From: Eledone cirrhosa
Lineage: Eukaryota
Direction: 5' to 3'
NCBI GenBank assembly: GCA_964016885.1
Contig: OZ024741.1
Location: forward strand, 267,344,001 to 267,408,000
DNA length: 64,000 nt
The notes under the pieces are model-generated. The model saw only the letters and a program-made list of their open reading frames with translations, searched no databases and had not been told where the DNA came from. Each line of letters starts with the position of its first letter. The stretch's first letter is position 1. Made by a program: the position numbers and the translations under genes. Shown here one piece after another: positions 49,964-63,220 of this stretch.

Positions 49964-50826
49964 ATGATATGTAATAAGTAATAAGATATTCAGAAAGCCA
50001 GTATGATGTTGATAGAAATGTAGAGGTGGTATTGAGGTACAGGATGACAAACAAAGCAAAACAAAATAATGTTTTGTTTATTTTTACTCAATATATTTCA
50101 AGGTATATACCTTCTTTTCAAATGAATATAGAAAGAATGAAAGCGAAAAAAATGCTGCATCCTGCTGTAAGGTTATACTTTGGAAGGGTTATACTGCCAA
50201 TAAAAACACATGTACCAGTTGAGTTTCACTTTGGTTCATCATTTGGTTCCAATTAGTAATGATCAGTTTAGTAACTGGTTAGTTGCTTAATTAATTGATA
50301 AAGACCTTTCATCACACATCCTATGACATTTTCAATGACAATTCTTGCTCCTTTTTTTGATTTTGATAGAGTAAATAGAACAAAATCATAACAAAAAGGG
50401 GACACAGCACTTTCTATACACTCAATTAAATAAAGGAGTGAAGAGAAAGATAAAGGAGAGCATACATCTTTGTTTTCCATTTGTTCTGCTTTTCCTTTCA
50501 TTTCTTTATTTCTGATTTTCATTGTTAGTGGCTTCTCCTAAAGCACTTTTAATTTTAAGTATTGTTGCATGTATATATACTTACAAGATATATACAATAA
50601 ACATGTTTCTGGATGTATATCCTAATGTGTATATATATATAATCCAGTGATTGAAACATGTCCCACAGGTATTGTTGGGTGCATTGTGTGTGTATATGTC
50701 TCTGTGCTTATAAATATATATGTGTGTGTGAGTGTGTGTGTGTATGTATATATGTGTATGTGTTTATGCATATATGTGTGAGTGTGTGTGTGTATGTATA
50801 TATGTATGTGTGTGTGTGTATGTATG

Positions 50827-50869
<43 letters not shown>

Positions 50870-51905
50870 ATATATTAATTTCAACAATGTCAGTATTCCG
50901 TGTGTCATAATTCTCGATTATCATTGGTTCATAGGTTTCAAACGACTCCGCCCACCTCAACGACGCCAAACTTAAATTAATATGCATAATGCCAATGAGG
51001 GAGTGAGGGGGGAGAGTGTGAAGGCTGTGTTTGGATACACTATGTATATGTGTCAGTGTAGAGACGTGTGTGTGATGTGTGTGGAACTAAGAGGCGAGGG
51101 AAGCAATAACTATTAACATGTGTATGTGTGAGTATGTACATGCGCATATGTTTATGTGTGTGTGCAGCGTTCCACAGAAAGTAAAAACTATCAACATGTG
51201 TGAGTGTGTGCGTGTGTGTAAGTTTGCGTGCGTGTACGCGTTTCCATGCGTGTATGTGGGTGTACGTGCAGCGTTCCACAATCGCCACGCAGTTTATTTA
51301 TCTGTGTGCCTGTCTGTCAGTCTAACATACACAGAGTTGTGAAGAGGGTAAATAGGGACCATTTTTTACATTGACGGACATCTTTTATATTAATTATCTA
51401 TATCTATATCTACATATAATATAAAAGATTGGAACTTCCATCATCCTTTTGAGAAACGTGGAACAACAACGTCTATGCAATGATACACGTTTTACAGTCA
51501 GGCAGAAGATGAACCATCTTCTAGAGGTCACTATTCTAGGTGGGAGCACCTAGAATTGTGCGCAAACGGTACAACGAAGAATCTGGTATATCTGTAAGAT
51601 TTTTTTTACTGTTTTTTGTATCACATAGACACCACGGACTCACCTCATACTGTAACCAGACAAACATCCAATACAGTCATTTTCTCTTTTACCTGTCTTC
51701 GCTTATCATCTGTTTACCCGGGCGAAGCTGGGTACATCAGCTAGTATATGTATATATATATAAATATATATATAAAGTTTATCCCGGGTTCAATCGGGGG
51801 TAACCACAGTAAATAAGGTACTCAATACAAAGCAGAGTATAAATATTTAATAGGGAGTACTCAATTCATGGGGAGATGTAGAGTGGGTATAGCGAGATGT
51901 AAAAT

Positions 51906-51961
51906 CCCGACTGCGGTGCCAAGTGGTTTCAACATTTGTGTTTAGTAAGCCTTTTCAAGGG
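51906..51961 (-). ncRNA. Hammerhead-like variant (UUGAAAA core)
   Basis: CCC-TTGAAAA-GGC...GTT-GAAAC...GTC-GGG; the topology fits but the core is non-canonical. Confidence 0.4.
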
Positions 51962-52179
51962 TGTAGTAATATTTGCAGGGTGTGTAAAAATAGATCACTG
52001 GTCTTGGTAGTGCTTTGGTTGAATTTATCATAGTAGTAAACTTGGTTGAAAGAGAAAGTGGGTGGGTAAGGGTGGGGGGCTGAGAATGGAAAGTGTATCT
52101 GGACAGGCAAGAGGTTAGGAGAAGGAAGTTGTGTGAGTGGGGGTAGAGGTGTGTAGAAGTGGAGTAAGAGGAGAAAGGA

Positions 52180-52360
52180 TATAATTGTTTCTATTTTGGC
52201 ACAAGGCCAGCAATTATCCCAGTGCATTACTGGTACTTTATTTTATCGATCCTGTAAGGATGAAAGACAAAGTTGACCTCGGTGGGATTTGAACTCAGAA
52301 TTGTAAGGGCCATAACTCTAAGCATAGTGTCCGACCCTCTACCAATACTGCCAATCCACA
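52180..52360 (-). mobile_element. tRNA-derived SINE, second family (copies 59511-59612 plus; 60040-60243 and 60262-60445 minus)
   Basis: Shared GTACTTTATTTTATCGA..GGATGAAAG.CAAAGTT.ACCT.GG.GGGATTTGAACTCAGA; A and B boxes TGGCAGTATTGG and GAGTTCAAATCC on the sense strand. Confidence 0.85.
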
Positions 52361-52770
52361 AAGGATATAATGGTCATAGGAATAAAGGGTTGAGAGGGTG
52401 AAGGGTAAGGCTATTTAAAGACAGGGCTTAGAGGCTGAAGGTGTTTTTTTTAAAGAAAAGAATAGAATTAAAAATAAAAGTGGGTTATATAGAAGTAAGT
52501 AGCCCATCCTACATACCCCCCCCCACACTTTCCACATCTGAAGCACCTCCGTTGACCTACCTCTCCAATCCCCACCCTACATACATGCATCCCCACCACC
52601 ACTTTTCCCTTCTGAGGCACCCATTCTTGACCAACCCATGTATATAAGCATGGTAAGATTAACACGCTTTCCCACAGTGTTGCTGAAATGGCTAAAAGTG
52701 CTCAGTCCAACCTGTAAGGTGGTTGCTGGGACTATAGACGTAGGGTAAATATATTTTCACCCCTTTTGGG

Positions 52771-54213
52771 GTGAAAATATTTAATTCAGAAATGTTTATC
52801 GATATCGTTGATAACGATATCGTCGAAAACGATATCGCCATATTGGAAGCGAAAGCTACGCCTACCAAAAAAACAAGCGGGAAAGAGGGAACAACAGTTC
52901 AAACTGTTGAACAGCCCCTCCTCTCCAATGAAAAAAAGAAGAATATTAATTCAAAGGAAAAACTTAATTTTGAAGAAAAAAATAACACCACAAATAAGGA
53001 AACCAACAACATTACAACAACAAACAAAGACAACAAAATTTCTTTTGCCCAAACACTCAGGAAAGCCACGGAATACAAACCCATAGACATCACGAACGCT
53101 AAGCAAAATTTGCTAGAGGCTAGAAAATACGTATCTTTTGGGGAGGATGGTTCTTTTACGATCAACTCCCCAGAAGAAGTGCGTCAACAGGTTTATAAGA
53201 ATACCGTAACCTACAGAACCATAACCAACGCAACAAGAAAGCCAGCGCAATTGACCGAAAGTCAAATTGAGCTGGTTCTGAAAGACATTAAAAAGGACAT
53301 ACTCTTTATTCAAAGAGGAAAGCTGTATGCCAGCATTATGGTCCGAATGAAGGATGAAATGCTGGCGCAAAAATATTCGGTGGCACCTATAGTGTCACCA
53401 CAATACACCTTCTTCCCCACATATAAAGGAAGAAGAACACAAAGAATAAGAATGTGGAGCCCAACGCTAGAAATTAACATCTGGTCCGTCCTAACAGGAT
53501 TTACCGACCTAGAAAAGGATATACTTATTTCAGCAGGGGAGTCCACCAGTGGACTGTTCGGGGGGAAAAGTCTGGAGGTTCTCTTACAGATGACACCTGA
53601 GAGAATCTCCGGAATACCCGACCGAGTGCTACTGGATGGGCGAACCTTCATAAATATCACAGTGGAAAGCAGGAGACCCTCATGTTACCACTGCGCTGGC
53701 AGAGGTCACCTGAGGACGGCCTGCCCTCTACTAACAACAAAAAAACCACTGCTACAAACACCACAACAACAACAAAAACAACCAGCACCACCATCACAAA
53801 AACAACAAAATACACTACCATCACCACCAGAACGACAACAAAAACCAACAACATCACCACCACCACCACCACCACCACAACAACATCAACAACAGCTCAA
53901 GAAAACAACCCAAAACACGGTCCCACCCAGCCCCACCCCACAGAACACAAATACAAAAACACACGCAGTTCATACACAACCCGGAGATATACCCCTCCCC
54001 TCCAATACGGAAGAGGAGCTCATATCGTCGGAAGACGAGGGGGCTCCCTTCCAAAAAGTGAAAAGAAAAAAACGTACACACACCACACAAACAAAAATAA
54101 CCCCACCTGACAACACAACACAGACAATAAAACGCAAACTCACTCAACAACAACAAGCAAAAACAAACAACAACAACACAAAAACTCTACACATACATAA
54201 ACAAAAACAATAA
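52771..54213 (+). CDS. LINE ORF1 (gag-like zinc knuckle, Pro/Gln/Thr-rich tail); probable ATG at 52792, frameshifted near the end
   Basis: CYHCAGRGHLRTAC (CX2CX4HX4C); homologous to the ORF1 pieces at 25189-26452. Confidence 0.8.
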   Translation: MKIFNSEMFIDIVDNDIVENDIAILEAKATPTKKTSGKEGTTVQTVEQPLLSNEKKKNINSKEKLNFEEKNNTTNKETNNITTTNKDNKISFAQTLRKATEYKPIDITNAKQNLLEARKYVSFGEDGSFTINSPEEVRQQVYKNTVTYRTITNATRKPAQLTESQIELVLKDIKKDILFIQRGKLYASIMVRMKDEMLAQKYSVAPIVSPQYTFFPTYKGRRTQRIRMWSPTLEINIWSVLTGFTDLEKDILISAGESTSGLFGGKSLEVLLQMTPERISGIPDRVLLDGRTFINITVESRRPSCYHCAGRGHLRTACPLLTTKKPLLQTPQQQQKQPAPPSQKQQNTLPSPPERQQKPTTSPPPPPPPQQHQQQLKKTTQNTVPPSPTPQNTNTKTHAVHTQPGDIPLPSNTEEELISSEDEGAPFQKVKRKKRTHTTQTKITPPDNTTQTIKRKLTQQQQAKTNNNNTKTLHIHKQKQ

Positions 54214-54588
54214 AAACCTAACTGAAAAAATAGAAAACAACCCTTCGATACAAACCGAAGGGCTGAATTTCGTAACGGCAATGGGACTCCCTAACCTGAA
54301 AATGGTGAAAATCCCACTTGACATTTTCAAAACTTTGAAAGACATTTACCCTGAGGACGTGGGCCCACCCTGCACCAGGCCACTCAACCGCGTCCTCCTG
54401 AAATGTTTTCCCCTCCCCTCCTCAAACACCCACACAACTCCAAAGATCCCAACCCCTCCACACACTAATAACCCCACACCACCATAAACCACCACCCCAC
54501 CCATCAACCCCTCCACCAGCCCCATGGAAACTGAGCGGCCCGAACCCCGGGACGCAGAGAGGTAAGTGCCTCTTTCTTTGCCACCAAC

Positions 54589-57500
54589 ATGGCTGTCTTA
54601 AGAGTAGGTTGTCTAAATGCGCGTGGCCTGGGCTCACCTTGGAAGCAAGCTAAACTTCTAAGTGACCTCAGGTCACAATGTATAAATGTGATGGTTATTT
54701 GCGAGGCCCGGATCAGCAGCATGCGACAGCTAGCCCCCACCTTTGATGACTTTGAGATGCACGCATCTCTCTGTCAGCCCGGAGGTGGGGGTGGGGTTGT
54801 CGTTCTGCTGCAAAAACATCTGGGTCTCGCTACACAGACGGTACACTTGGACTCGGAGGGTCGACTCGTGGTTCTGGACCTTGGCAATGGTGAAGGCGAA
54901 GCTTTTAGGCTTGTCGCCGTATACGCCCCTTTTGGGGCAATGCGGTCGGACTTCTTCCATCGTCTGGAGACTTTTCTAGGGACGTCCCGCTCCTTGCTTT
55001 TAGTGGGGGACTGGAATGGTATCCTAGATGCACGTTGGGACTATGAAGGGGCATGTCCCGCTAGAGGGGGGTGTAACAACCTTAAGGGGTTAATCGGCTG
55101 ATTTGACCTGGCCGATAGATACCGACTAGATTTTCCGACTGTGCCAACCTGGACCTGGTCAAATAACAGTGGTCAATCTAGATCGTACCTAGATAGGTTC
55201 TTAGTTTGAATTAAGGATAGGGACTTTTTAAGTTGTCCAGAAATGCTCATGGTGGGCTATTCAGACCACAAGTTAGTGACCTGCGTAGTCCACCTTGATA
55301 GAACGCATAGGCAGGGGCCCGGTTACTGGAAGCTCAACTTGTCCTTACCGGCAAGTAGAGCTTACAGGGACTGGATTAGAACCTTAGTTAAGGAGCGGTT
55401 GACGGGCGCCATCGTCAACAGCAGGTGGTGGGGCTCTCTAAAAAGAGAGATTAGAGTAGTTTCAATAGGAGTTAGCCTCAGATAGAAATAGGAAGGAAAG
55501 GGAGTTGGTAGTTAATGTTGAAGAGGCAATGAGAAGTGGCAACGTGGCCAGAGTGCAAGCGTCGAGAACGGTCTTGAACCAGTGCTTCGACGCGAAACAC
55601 GAAGGCTGCGTTGTCCAAAGCAAAATACGTGCTCTGGGAAACGAGGGGACCAAAGCTGTTAGCTGGGCCCGCGTGACAGAAGCGAAAAGTGGGATTAAAT
55701 CCACTATCCGGTCTTTGCGAGACCAGGATGGACGGGTGATCCTTGAACCTAAGCAAATGTGCGAGGCCTTTCAAAGGCACTTTGCCCAATTGTTCGGGAG
55801 GGGCGGGGAGCCGGTTGGAGATGTGGATTTTGGTCCATACCTCGACGGCCTGCCGCGTCTTTCGGACAGGGAGGCGAGGTCCTGCGACGGGCCGATCTCA
55901 GCTGCTGAAATAGGGGACGTGCTGAGCCTATGCAGAAAACGCAAATCTCCAGGGCTCGATGGTCTGCCCTACGAACTATATATTAATATGCCGGACTTGT
56001 TCCCCGATCTCCTCGAGGTGGTCTACTGCAACTGGCAACAGAACGGGAGAATTCCCTGTTCTGTGACCAAGGGCGTATTCTCGCTAGTGAGGAAGGACGA
56101 GAACAAGGGGGATGACATTAGTAATTTTAGGCCCATAACTCTGCTAAATGCAGAGTTAAAGATTTTGGCGAAGGTGTTAGCGAAGAGGTTGGCGCTTGTC
56201 GTGGGGGGCCTGGTGGGAGATGCGCAGACATGCGCTATCCCGTCCAGGTCCATCCACGACAACCTCCACCTCATGCGATACATCATAGAGAGGGTTGGGA
56301 ACGAACCCAGCTTGGGTGGGGCCCTGATAAATTTAGATCAGTCTAAAGCGTTCGATAGGGTGGACCATGGTTACCTGGATGCGGTGCTAGCGGTGGCTGG
56401 GTTCGGACCCGTTTTCAGGGGCTGGATCACTGCCATGCACAGCAACCGCATCTGCTCTAGAGTCAAGGTGAACGGCTACCTTTCGGAGCCATTCGAAATC
56501 ACCCGCTCCATCCGACAGGGATGCCCTCTCTCCTCCCTTCTGTATGTATTGGCTCTCGAGCCACTACTGCGGAAGTTGGAGTTGTTGCAGGGCATCCCTT
56601 TGGAACCGGGATTGCACAAAGCGGTGTCGGCCTATGCCGATGACGTAACAGTAATGGTGTCGACCACCTCGGAAATCGAGGCAATCGGCACCTTACTGGA
56701 GGAATACGAAAGGTTGACAGGGGCTAAGCTGAACCGAGACAAGTCAGTCGCTTTGCAACTCGGCGAGTGGAGGGGCAAAGCGATGTCGTGCGACGGTATC
56801 GTCGGACGGTGGACAGAGGGCCCGGTGAAGTTGCTTGGGGTCTGGTTCGGACCGGACCTCCAGGGGGAGAAAAACTGGGGTGAGGTAACGAATAGGGTGT
56901 ATGCACTGACCAAGAAGTGGGCCGAGTGCAAACTATCCCTGAAAGGTCGGGCGGAGGTGGCGAACGCTTACATAGCGTCCGTCATCTATTACCGCTTGAC
57001 TGTCGTGCCTTGCCCGGGTGAGATCCTCGCCAAAATGGAGCGCGCCCTCTTTTATTTCCTTTGGAAGAAGAGGTCTCCTCTGGTGAGGAGATCCATCTGC
57101 TGTCAACACCCTTTGAAAGGAGGGCTGGGGATGCCGTGGCTAAAAATGCGTAAACACGCATTGAGGCTAAGGCACCTCCAGGTATTCCTCACCGGTCAAC
57201 CGGTGTGGGCCCCGTTTGTGAGGCGACCCTTCCCGAGGCTCATCTCGCTCACCGAGCTGCAGTCCTGGGTGAAGCAAAGACCGAGAAAACTGGGCGACTG
57301 GCACGCCGAGTGTGCCCAGGCGCTCACGGCTCTCTGGCAGGCGGACCCGGCTATCGATGGAGACTCCACCTCGTCATTCTATAGAGGGCTGGTGATTAGC
57401 AGGTGCGACGACGCCCTCAGAGAAACCCTAGGCAGGGAGGAGGTCGAACTGACCAGTCTATTCGGTAGGACTTTTGGCCCGGGAACTATGGACAACTTCC

Positions 57501-58015
57501 AGAAGTCCTTGGCCTGGCAGTGCTACCGAGGGGCTCTGCCCGTTCGGGATAAGCTCTACAGACACGGGCGCCCGGGTAGGGACCCCTCGAAAAAGATCTG
57601 TCCCAGATGCGTGCGCGACGAGGAAACCGTCGCGCACGCATTGGTGCACTGCCCGGGCGTTGCCGATCTGTGGGGCTATGTCGAACAACTGCTGTCACGG
57701 GTGGGACCAATTAGGTTGACCACCGAGTCCATTGTAACGATCAAGCCGCCTCCCCCCTTCAAAAATGAAGGAGAGGCGGTCTTCCTCTGTGTAATAGCCA
57801 TGGTAAAAGAGGTTATATGGTGGACGCGTCTGAAAGGGCTGAGGTCGGACACCTTTCTCTCCGGCCAACAACTGGTCTTTTTCTTCCGATACCATTTCGG
57901 AAGAAGGATCAGGATGGAGAGAGACGTGCTCCACTCCAGCCAGTTTTATGAAAGGTGGGTGAAAGTTGCGAGAATGGCCCGTGTGAATGGGCCTTCTCTC
58001 TACCTCAGCCTGTAG
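54589..58015 (+). pseudogene. LINE ORF2 (APE endonuclease, RT, C-terminal zinc finger), disrupted in the EN/linker region
   Basis: CLNARGL, VYAP, GDWN, YSDH, PGYWKLN; KSPGLDG, FRPITLLN, NLDQSKAFD, IRQGCPLS, AYADD; CPRC..ETVAH..C. Confidence 0.92.
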
Positions 58016-58394
58016 GTGGAACAGAAAGAAGGCAGCACCCTCTCTTTGTGCTCCCGTGGAGAAGGGTCGCACACTTTTTTTTGGGGGTGTGTGTGACCCC
58101 AAAACGATCCCTCCCTATTGAGGACCTTCTTGTTATTATTTTGTTTGTTACATTTTTCTTACTCGATTTTTATGTAAACTCCCCCCACCCATGTACATGT
58201 CCCTTTCTTTTGTGCCCTAGTGGCAAATAAACAGAAATTTGTCTCTATGTCTGTATGTCAGTCAGTATGTCAGTCTCTCTGCCTGTCTGTCTGCTAGTCT
58301 GTCTGTCTCATAACTTGTTGATCTTGATTGATTAAGCAATTTAAAATCCAGCTACTCTTCAGATCTCTCCTCTTCCTCCCAGCTAAACATTGCC

Positions 58395-58802
58395 ATAACA
58401 TCAATAACACCACCACAACACCACCATAACATCGTTACCTCACCACCATACCACAACCATAACATCACCACCACCATCACCACCATGCCACCACTACCAC
58501 CTTACCACCACAACACCATTACCACCATAACATCGGCATCACACCAAACTATGACCACCGCACCGCCATCATACCACAACCACCATCACCACCACACCAC
58601 CATCAGACCCCCCCCCCTCCCAATCAGTCGAACATCTTACTGACTCAATCTGTTCCTGTTTCCAGAACGTTCCACACCCCAAACTTATTCCTGCAAGTTA
58701 TCACGTCTTTTCTTCTTTTTCTTTTTCTTTTTCTTTTTCTTTTTCTTTCTTTCTTCTTCTTCTTCTTCTTCTTCTTCTTCTCTCTTCCTTTCTTTCTTTC
58801 TT

Positions 58803-58835
<33 letters not shown>
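58395..58835. repeat. Low-complexity (CAC/ACC)n and (CTT/CTTT/CTAT)n tracts
   Basis: Direct reading. Confidence 0.85.
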
Positions 58836-60039
58836 GATGTATATATATCTTATATAATGTATAAATATAGTGTGTGGTGTATATTACGGTATGTATACAG
58901 TTTGGCCTGTGTATGTATAATCTATGGTTTGTGGGGTTGTATTTGATATTGTTTACTTCATTCTCATTAGTGCTTGATCAAAGCAGGTCTTGCAGCCAAC
59001 CGTGACCATCCAGTCTATTCTTCAAGCTACTGTATATTTACAACTATGTTATCCAACATATATCTTCCTTTCTTAAGATGGTAAGGTTTAGTTTGTGAGA
59101 GATTTCGTCTTTGCATCTAGGCAGTTATATAACTTCAAGGTAGCTCCTTCCATACAACATGAGGTAAGGTGTGTGCTATGCCTATGGGCTATATAGAAAA
59201 GTAAGGTAAGAATATTCATGTCGTGTGTGTGTCGAGCATTGAAAACAAGACAGGTGAGATTTAGTGCTTAATTAGCAACAAGATCTAATTTAATGCTAAT
59301 CGTCCACAAAATCAAAAAACTTTTTTCACCTTATTTCATTGAGATATTCATATCCGTGCTAGAAGGAGTTCTAACAGCATTATTGGTCCTACTGCAGTGT
59401 TTATATATATATATATGTATACAGGGTGTCCCCTCAAAATTGTATACACAACAAAATCTTTAAAAAATGCATTAAAATAAATTCTGTTTTATATGCATTA
59501 TTTAAATTGAGGGCGGTGGATTGGCAGTATCGGTAGAGCGTTAGACTCCATGCTTTGCAGCATAGAGTTATGACCCTTTATGTTCTGAGTTCAAATCCCG
59601 TCGAGGTAAAACTATCTGTCTTTGTGTGTATGTTCATATATATATGTATATGTGTGTGTGTTTATGTGTTTGTATATTTATGCATCTGTGTATATGTGTG
59701 TGTATGTTTGTAAGTTCATATGCATGTATGTTCATATATATATTTGTAAAGCATATGTCTGTAGATATATACAAGTTTATTGTTAGGAGTGGCTGCAATG
59801 TGTTTTAGCAGGTCATCAACCCCACTTGACTTTCAGATCTCATATTTCAAGTTTGGTTGACAAGGATGGAAAAAGCTACTGAAAGGCAGGATGGTTAGTC
59901 CAAAGACGTGAGGGGTGGTGGTGGTGGTATGGTGTGGATGTAGGACAAATAATTGAATATATCTTATCTTGTTATCTTATGTATTCAATTATTCAAATAA
60001 TTTGATTCGAAATTTCATATTCAATCTGTAATAATGGTT

Positions 60040-60445
60040 CCTGATTTAGGCACAATGATAACAATTTTGTGGAGAATAGAAAGTTGATTAAATCGACCCC
60101 AGTGCATTACTGGTACTATATTTTATAAGGATGAAAGACAAAGTTAACCTCAGCAGGCTTTGAACTCAGAATGTAAAGGGCCGTAACTTTATGCTGTGAA
60201 ATATGTTGTCTGACACTCTACAAATACTGCCGATCCACTTCCGTCTATTCAGTCTATAATAATTGTTTCTACTTTTGGCACAAGGCCAGCAATTACCCAG
60301 TACGTTACTGGTACTTTATTTTATCGACCCCGTAAGGATGAAAGGCAAAGTTAACCTTGGCGGGATTTGAACTCAGATCGTAAAGGGACGTAACTACGCT
60401 GGAAAGCATGTCCGACTCTCTACCGATACTGCCAATTCACCACAC
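60040..60445 (-). mobile_element. Two tandem copies of the second SINE family
   Basis: Each is homologous to 52180-52360. Confidence 0.85.
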
Positions 60446-61761
60446 TATTCAGATCTATAATAATAAATGTGAATATCTGAGCATGGGGCCCCATGATATT
60501 CTGGCTCCAGCAAATATTAGTGTTGAATGTAGTATGTGGTTTAGTGATTAGAGATTTGGATTTGCAATTGTGAGGTTGTGAGTTCCATTCTCGGACCAGG
60601 TGTGATGTGTTGTGTCCTTGAGAAAGACACTTTATTTCATGTTGCTTCTTCTGTCAGGAGTTGTGACCGGTAGATAGTATCAGCAATGGAAAGACCAATG
60701 GAAACATTGATTCCTTGGTCTGATTTGCCGAGGTCCACCCCACTCAATGGGCAAATGAGATCTGGGATCTTAACCGATCGATCAGAGTGAGACGTAGGTA
60801 TTAAACTAAATAAACTGTAAAATCGTATGTTGTTGTAAATTCCTATTATTCTCCCATTACAAAAGAAATTTTGCTTATTAAATAGAAGTGATATGTTACA
60901 CTGTTCTCCTAGAATTGTGACTATGAAGTATAGAAGACTTAATAAGGAAAACTGTTTTATTTGGAAATCAGTCTGGGTTTTAATCTTTACATTGTGCTGG
61001 GCTGTTTTAATCATGCCTTTACTTATTAAGGTAAATAAACCAGAAGACCAGATATGACAATCAAAATTTTGAAAAAAAATAATAAACAACCTTCGGCTTC
61101 CAGGACGCATGGTAGCTTTTTGAGACTTATTTTATGAAAAAAGTAGCGTCTTCGATGCTGGGAAATACAGTATCTATATATATGTATATATATTTAATGC
61201 CTATTTTTTCATGCTTGCATGGGTTAGATGGGTTGTCATGTTATGGGACAATGTCTTGCTCATATGGATCTTTATTTTGGCTTGGTTTCTACAGATGGAT
61301 GCCCTTCCTAATGCTAACCCTGTTACAGTGTGGCCTGGGTGCTTTTTATTGTCGCACGAAAATGATCATCTAACAAAGTGGACTCGGTGCTTTTTGTCGT
61401 GTGACTACTGCTTATCATTTTCAAATCATTTTGAAGCTAATCTAACATTTGGAGGGATTTAGTAATTAATATAACTAACTTTCTTATTATTAAGCTGGTG
61501 GTTAGAAAATGATTTAACAAAGATTTTATGGGAAAATTTTCAATAAATATAAACACTTTAACCCTTTTTTATATGAAACACTTCCTATGATTTGCTGTTT
61601 GGAACATGACAAAGGTTCTTCCTTAAATTTATGATGAAGGTTTTTTTGATAAATATAAACACTTTAAAACAAGCAGTTTTGTATCATAGAATATTGGGCA
61701 GTTTCTGGTGGTTTGGTATCAAAAGGTAAATGCTTGTGTTTTTTTCTTTTGTTCCTTTCAG

Positions 61762-61912
61762 ATTGGAATGCAACCATATTCGTGAGCAGGTTACCATTCA
61801 GAAGGAAGCTGAAAAACGAGATTCCCTTTCTCAAATGTCTCTAGACAAGCAGGCAGAAATAAAAGCTGCCACTAAAGGGTGGGAGGATAAAGTGGCCCAG
61901 CTGCAGCAAAAG
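61762..61912 (+). CDS. FAM184A: Internal exon of the FAM184-like gene
   Basis: Polypyrimidine tract and ttcag|A acceptor; AAG|gttggt donor. LECNHIREQVTIQKEAEKRDSLSQMSLDKQAEIKAATKGWEDKVAQLQQK resembles recalled FAM184A QECSKLREELRLQHEEDKKSAMSQL..AARDSWQKKVEDLLNQ. Confidence 0.8.
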
Positions 61913-62630
61913 GTTGGTATCTTCTTTTATTCTTTTACTGTTTTCAGTCATTTGACTACAACCATCCTGGGGTACTGCTTTGTAGGGATTTAGTTGATTA
62001 GATTGACCCCCAGTACTTATTTTACTGGTTTCAGCCATTTGACTGCAGCCATGCTGTGGCACTAATTTGACTTAGTTGATCAAATCAACCCTAGTACTTA
62101 TTTTACTGGTTTCAGCCATTTGACCTTGGCTATGCTGGAGCACTGCTTTGAAGGGATATAGTTGATTACATCAGCACCTGTACTTATTTCTTTCAAGTCT
62201 TGTACTTATTCAATCAATCCCTGTTTGTCAAACTGCTAAGTTACAAGACATAAACAAACAGTAAACACAAACATAGACACTTGTTGTTTATTGAAGTCAC
62301 TGATAACATTCCTCTTCATGGCAGCCAGTGGTGGGTACACACACGCACACTTAACACACGTATATATATCTCTATTTATCTGTCTGTCTACACACACACA
62401 CACAACAGTTTCATCATCATTGTTTTACATCCGCTTTTCTTTGCTTACATGAGTTTGCTGAGTTTCTTCCAGCACAGCATCCCTCCACTACCAACTGTTA
62501 CTCACAAAGCATTTGATTAATTCAAAGAGGATGTGGTGGCATTGATGATGTTGAGAGTGATCTTGAATTTCCATTCATGTATAAATTGACACTCTTGGAA
62601 TTTTGTTTTTCTTTCTTTCTTTCATCTCAG

Positions 62631-62843
62631 ATATTTTCACTAGAAACCGAACTGTCCACTACAGTGACTCAATGTGCCATTCAAATTGAAGAAGAGAAAG
62701 CTCGGTTCCAGTTAATTGAAGACCAATTTAAACGTGATGCAGAATCCTTTGAAAAAAGACTGCAAGAAGAAATTGAGAAACTAAAAAGGCAGCAGAAAGT
62801 TGAAATTGACAAATTCCTTTTGGTTCACCAAAAAGATATGCAG
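62631..62843 (+). CDS. FAM184A: Next internal exon of the FAM184-like gene
   Basis: ctcag|ATA acceptor in phase 0, 71 codons of heptad-rich sequence, CAG|gtatat donor. Confidence 0.8.
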
Positions 62844-63220
62844 GTATATTACTTTATTTAATGTTAATCTATTATATTCCTTTTTTTTTTTTTTGTTAGG
62901 TCTGGAGGAAGGGGCTGGCCCCATCACCTCTGTAACTCCTCAGAAACCAATGAGGTAGATACTGTTGATGTTTATCTTAAATTGTTGCTGATCAACTTCT
63001 CCAGCAAAAACATGTGCAAGGAGAGGAATTGTGGGTTCAATTCCCACTTGTACTAATGACCATTTTTTTCCATTATGGGAGTTCATATGCCCCAATATTA
63101 GACTATATCCTGTAGTCAATATACAGTGAAAGATTCTAATTCTATGTCTAAAATTTTCAATTGCCACTGTTCTAATTCACATGTGGTTATATATGTATAT
63201 ATATGTATTCACACGTGGTT

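Larger units (their letters stand above)
52750..58240 (+). mobile_element. Full-length L1/Tx1-type LINE with few lesions
   Basis: ORF1 with a CCHC knuckle; ORF2 54589-58015 interrupted by stops (55099, ~55207) and a frameshift near 55480; 3' UTR with AATAAA near 58226. Confidence 0.94.

Noticed and set aside
60637-61110. 157-aa minus-strand ORF
   Set aside because: No motif, AT-rich composition, and it ends in a SINE fragment; probably chance.
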